NCBI GenBank assembly: GCA_012862495.1
Contig: BLSG01000381.1
Location: 1 to 35,476, forward strand
Reading direction: 5' to 3'
DNA: 35,476 nucleotides
DNA from: Thraustochytrium aureum
Lineage: Eukaryota
Made by a program: the position numbers and the translations under genes. Position 1 is the stretch's first letter, and every line of letters begins with the position of its first letter. Below the pieces are notes generated by a model, which was given only the letters and a program-made list of their open reading frames with translations, made no database searches and was not told where the DNA came from. Below are positions 31,597-35,476 of the stretch, in pieces.

Positions 31597-34500
31597 CTAG
31601 AGGTCTTGGATTGCGGCGCTGAGACGCGACGCCGCGTGGACCACGGACGGGTCGCGGTGCTCGAGCAGCGGCGCGAGGCGCGTCAANNNNNNNNNNNNNN
31701 NNNNNNNNNNNNNNNNNNNNNNNNNNNNNNNNNNNNNNNNNNNNNNNNNNNNNNNNNNNNNNNNNNNNNNNNNNNNNNNNNNNNNNNNNNGCGCCACAGC
31801 AGGTCGAGGCCTCGCTTCACCTGGGCCTGGCCCTCGAGCGGCGCGCAAGTGAGCGTGCGTCGCAGCCCTGTGCAGACCCCTATTGCCACGACGTTGTTCG
31901 CCCCGTTGAGCGTCTCGGCTGCAGAGTCCAACAGAGAGTCGAGGCAGGCCGGCGACGCGGACGCCTGGTAGGCAGCGCCGGCCGCGTCGATTGCCTTGGC
32001 GAGCACTTCAGCGGGCGCTGCAGGGTCAGTCCGCTTGCGGAGCTCCACCAGCGAGCCGAGCAGCGCGGCAACCAGCTCGTCCGGCCGCTCCGGGGCGCCG
32101 AGCAGGCACACGCCTGTCACCGCGTCGAAAGCCGCGCTTGCATATGCAGGAGGTGCTGCCGCCCGAGAGCACTCTGGCACAAGCACAGTCGTGCAAAAGT
32201 GCTCCACCGAGTCAAAGGGCTCCGGCAAAGGCTCGGCCTCGTCGCCCGGCATCGCCTTGGCCGAGCGCGTCCACACGTCCCTCAGAGCCAGCAAGATGGC
32301 GTGCTTGCCTGTCCACAGGCGTCCCGGCAGCGCTTCCGCGAGGCTCTCCAGCATGCGCAGGGCGTACGGCCGCAACGCCGCAGAGCTCACCGCGTTTGCA
32401 ATGTCCCGAAGCCCTTCCGCAGCTTGGCGCTTGCGCAGCCAACGCGTCCCGTCTAGCTCCTCAATGCAGCGCGAGACGAGCAGGTCCAGGCTCCGCGCGA
32501 CCCCGTTCTGCACGGTGCCGGCGTTCTCAGACCAGACTTGACGGTACAGCTCGGAGATCTCCTCCTCGTCGTCGTGGCGGGCGAGAAAGAGCAGCGGGAC
32601 GACGTACTTGGCCAAACTGGTGAACAGATCGGGCGCGCGCTGGAGCAGCTCGCGCAGCGCGTTGCCCACGGTGAGCCGCGCCTTCTCATCGCCAGGCTCG
32701 ACGTACAGCGCGTTCAGAGTCTTCACGTAGTCTTTCACCGAGGAGGCGTCCGCTATCCGAGCTACAGCGGCGGCGGTGGAGGCAAAGCTGCGGCGGATCA
32801 TCGCGCTCCGGTCGTTGAGCGAGGACGCGAGCCCACGCAGCAAGATTTGGGCGTGCGCGCGCACCGCCGGCTCGAGGTCGCGCCGCGCCGCAACACGCGC
32901 AATCGCCTTGGCGGTCGCCGCGAGCGTGGGGAGCCCCACGCCCGACCTCGCCAGGCGGGCCAGCTCGGGGCCTAGCTCTTCGAGGGGGTCGTTCGGCAAC
33001 ACCCTGTCGATGCACAAATCGACGGCTTGCTGCATCGGCGACTCGTTCGAGGCTTGCACGCGGAGCGACTCGAGCTGGTCGCGCGAGACCCCGAGGTCGC
33101 CGCCTTGGTCGTTCGTGTGAAACATGGCGTACTGCAGGGTCTGGTCCTCCATCCCGCTCATGCTCTCGAGGAGCCGCACCGTGACCTCGCAGATGTGCGG
33201 CTGAATGTTGTCCTTGCACACCTTGACCACGCGCGCGAGCGTGTGGACGGCGATCGCCTGGCCCTCCTTGCTCGTGTCCGCGAGGCCTTTCTCGAGCAGG
33301 AAGGGCAAGACCACGTCGAGCGCGCTGCGGGCGGCCTCCCGGCGCTCCGCGGAGGCGCGCGGCTCCACGGTGCACAGTCGCACAGTTAGTCCGCTCAGGG
33401 CGCGGGCCAGCAGCGCGGCGGCCAGCTTTGTCGCCTCGTTCAGGTCGTCCACGAGTCGGAGAGAGAGCTTCCAGATGCGCTCCAAAAATCCAACGAGGTC
33501 GGCGTCTGGCGTCTCGCGAATGATATAGGTCAGAGCCACGGCTCCCCCGTGCCGCTCGCGGAACTTTGGCGATCCAATGTTGCGCAGAATCTCGGGCATG
33601 ATCGAGTCCAAGTACTGCTGCAACACCTCGCTATCCGAGCCAATGTCCACAGTGACTGTCTTCCACAACTTTGTCATCGTAGCCTTCACCGGCGCCTCCA
33701 AGTCGTACCGAAAGTGGTACAGGATCGGGATGAGCATCTCAACCGTTTCGCGGTCGAGCTCGTCTGGCCCGAGCTGCGCCGCGGCGCCCTGGCCTGATTC
33801 TTCTTTGGCCTCGCCCTCCGCTTCTTGCGCGAGCTCTGCGTCGAACGAGGGGCATCGAAGGTCGCGCGTCGCGCTCGTTCCCCAGAAGGCGTCGCTGGCA
33901 GACAGGTACAGAAGCCTGTACGTCAGCGCAGGCTTGCGCACCCTCGAGGCGACCTGGTACACGTCCTTGTACACCGTGTTGAGGGGCGCCACCTTGGGAC
34001 CGGACGCTTTGACCTTGGTTTGGCCCAGCTTTTCAAGGGGAGTGGCCGGGTCGCCAGGGTCTGGGCGGTCCTCCTCAGCTTCGTCGCCGTCTGCAGCGCC
34101 GCCGTCCTCCTCGTCCTCCTCATCCTCGACTTGCGCGCTGCCGGCGGCCTGCCCCGCAGAGCCGGAGCTAGCAGCATCGAGACCTTTGGCCTCCTGCTCG
34201 CGGCGCTTCTCCTTCTCCTTTTCTTGCTCGGCCTTGACCTTGCTGAGGAAAAGCGACTTGGCCGCAAGGTGCCTTGGCAGGCTGCTCACCAGCTCGTCTC
34301 GCAGCGCTTGGCCCTGCGCTGCATGAAACATCCAGGCCATCCCGCGCGCGGCGCACTCGCGTGTCAGCTCCCCCGCTCGCGAAGCAGCGCGGCGAAGACC
34401 TCGTGCACGCGCTCCAGGTGGCCTTGGAACGACGGCTTGCTCCCGAAGTCTACGACGAGGCGAACGAGCCAGAGCGCGCTAGCTGACCGCACGCGGTTCT

Positions 34501-35476
34501 TGCTCGATTGGGTAGCTGCCGCCGCGACTCGCTCCACGATGCGCGACAGGGAGGTCTCGTCGCGGGCTGCGAGGGAAACCAGCGCCTCGCCGACAACGAG
34601 CTGCAGCTCCGGGCTCTTTTGGTCGCCCGCCGCAAACAAGCTCTCGGTGGCACGCTTCTCAACCGCCGCGTTGGGCGCATTGCAGGCGAGCTCGCCCAGC
34701 GCACGCAGGGCGCTAGCCAGGATCATCTCACTGTTCGCGTCCATGTCGGCGTCGACGGACGCCGAGCTATCGAACTTGGAGATCGTCTCAAGGGCGTCCA
34801 CCACGCGACCATACGTGGGCTCGTCCAGGTCGAGAGACCCGGCCTGCGCGGCAAGCCCGATAGCATCGACGCAGGCGGCCGTCACAATGCGAAACTTGGA
34901 CTTGGTCTCGAGCACGTCCACCAACGCCTCGCTAAGAGTGCGCCGCTGGGCGCCCGCGCCCTTGAGGGCGCCGCTGTTCAGCAAGTGCCCAGCTGCGAGC
35001 ACCGCGCCGTGCTGCGCCTGCACAGCGGACACCACCTTTTTCTTCATTCGCGAGACGAGCTCGTCGGAGAATTCCGCCTGGCTGGCCTCCGGACAGAACG
35101 ACACAAGGCGAGCAACGTTCTCGCGGACAACCGGCGAGTCCGCGGCAAGCCATAGGAGGAGCCAATCTTGGCGCACTGGAAACACCTCGCCGTATCCGCG
35201 CACAAGGTCGACGAGGCACTTGGACGCCACACGGTGCAGGACGCGGATCTGCGTTGCGTCCTTGATCGCGAGGCTCGTCTCGAGCATGCCGCGGAACGTG
35301 CGCAAAAGCGACTCGGCGGACGACCGCCCGGCGGCCTTGTCCTGCACCATGCAAGCCCCGGTAAACCCAAGAACGGAGGCGAGGCGGGCCTGCGCGTCCC
35401 GGTCCCGCTCCGCCAGCGCTAGCAGCGCATCCGCTCTGGACGCGGAGGCCAAGCAGGCCATCCAGGCCCGAGCGAC
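31597..35476 (-). CDS. ECM29: Proteasome adapter/scaffold ECM29 (HEAT repeat), 5'-partial; -1 frameshift at 34370-34374, N-gap 31687-31790
   Basis: VYKDVYQVAS...LTYRLLYLS, LIPILYHFRYD...MTKLW, VDDLNEATK, VLPFLLEKG, LLESMSGME, SGVGLPT, LPGRLWTGK match ECM29 landmarks. Adding one G gives ...LLRERGELTRECAARGMAWMF...; stop TAG at 31597-31599. Confidence 0.88.

Noticed and set aside
1..35476. Prokaryotic defence island or transposon/viral insertion explaining the TIR-STAND gene
   Set aside because: Flanked by eukaryote-specific genes (Sec5, ECM29) and a spliceosomal intron; no transposase, integrase, terminal repeats or operon structure seen.

Overview
GC-rich, intron-poor eukaryotic genomic scaffold with nine N-gaps. 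It is most likely a stramenopile such as a labyrinthulomycete/thraustochytrid; this is inferred from the (GCAA)n/(CCAG)n microsatellites, gene compactness and protein families, not from a search. Left to right: a partial hypothetical gene; about 6.7 kb of mostly non-coding DNA; a small basic ORF; an intron-containing nitroreductase (-); an NLR-like TIR-NACHT(STAND)-WD40 gene (-) head-to-head with exocyst Sec5/EXOC2 (+); a claudin/amastin-like tetraspan protein (-); a long coiled-coil protein (+); a sulfotransferase (+); an atypical NPA/SPA aquaporin (-); a SKICH-like+BSD protein (+); a PTC7-type PP2C phosphatase (-); and a partial ECM29 (-). At least six single-base frameshifts, in both directions and each placeable at a short homopolymer run, break otherwise intact genes, which points to sequencing error rather than pseudogenisation. 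The most interesting element is the TIR-NACHT-WD40 putative innate-immune/cell-death receptor, which keeps the TIR catalytic glutamate and has HET-E-like 42-aa WD40 repeats variable at specific positions. All family calls come from motif recognition by eye.
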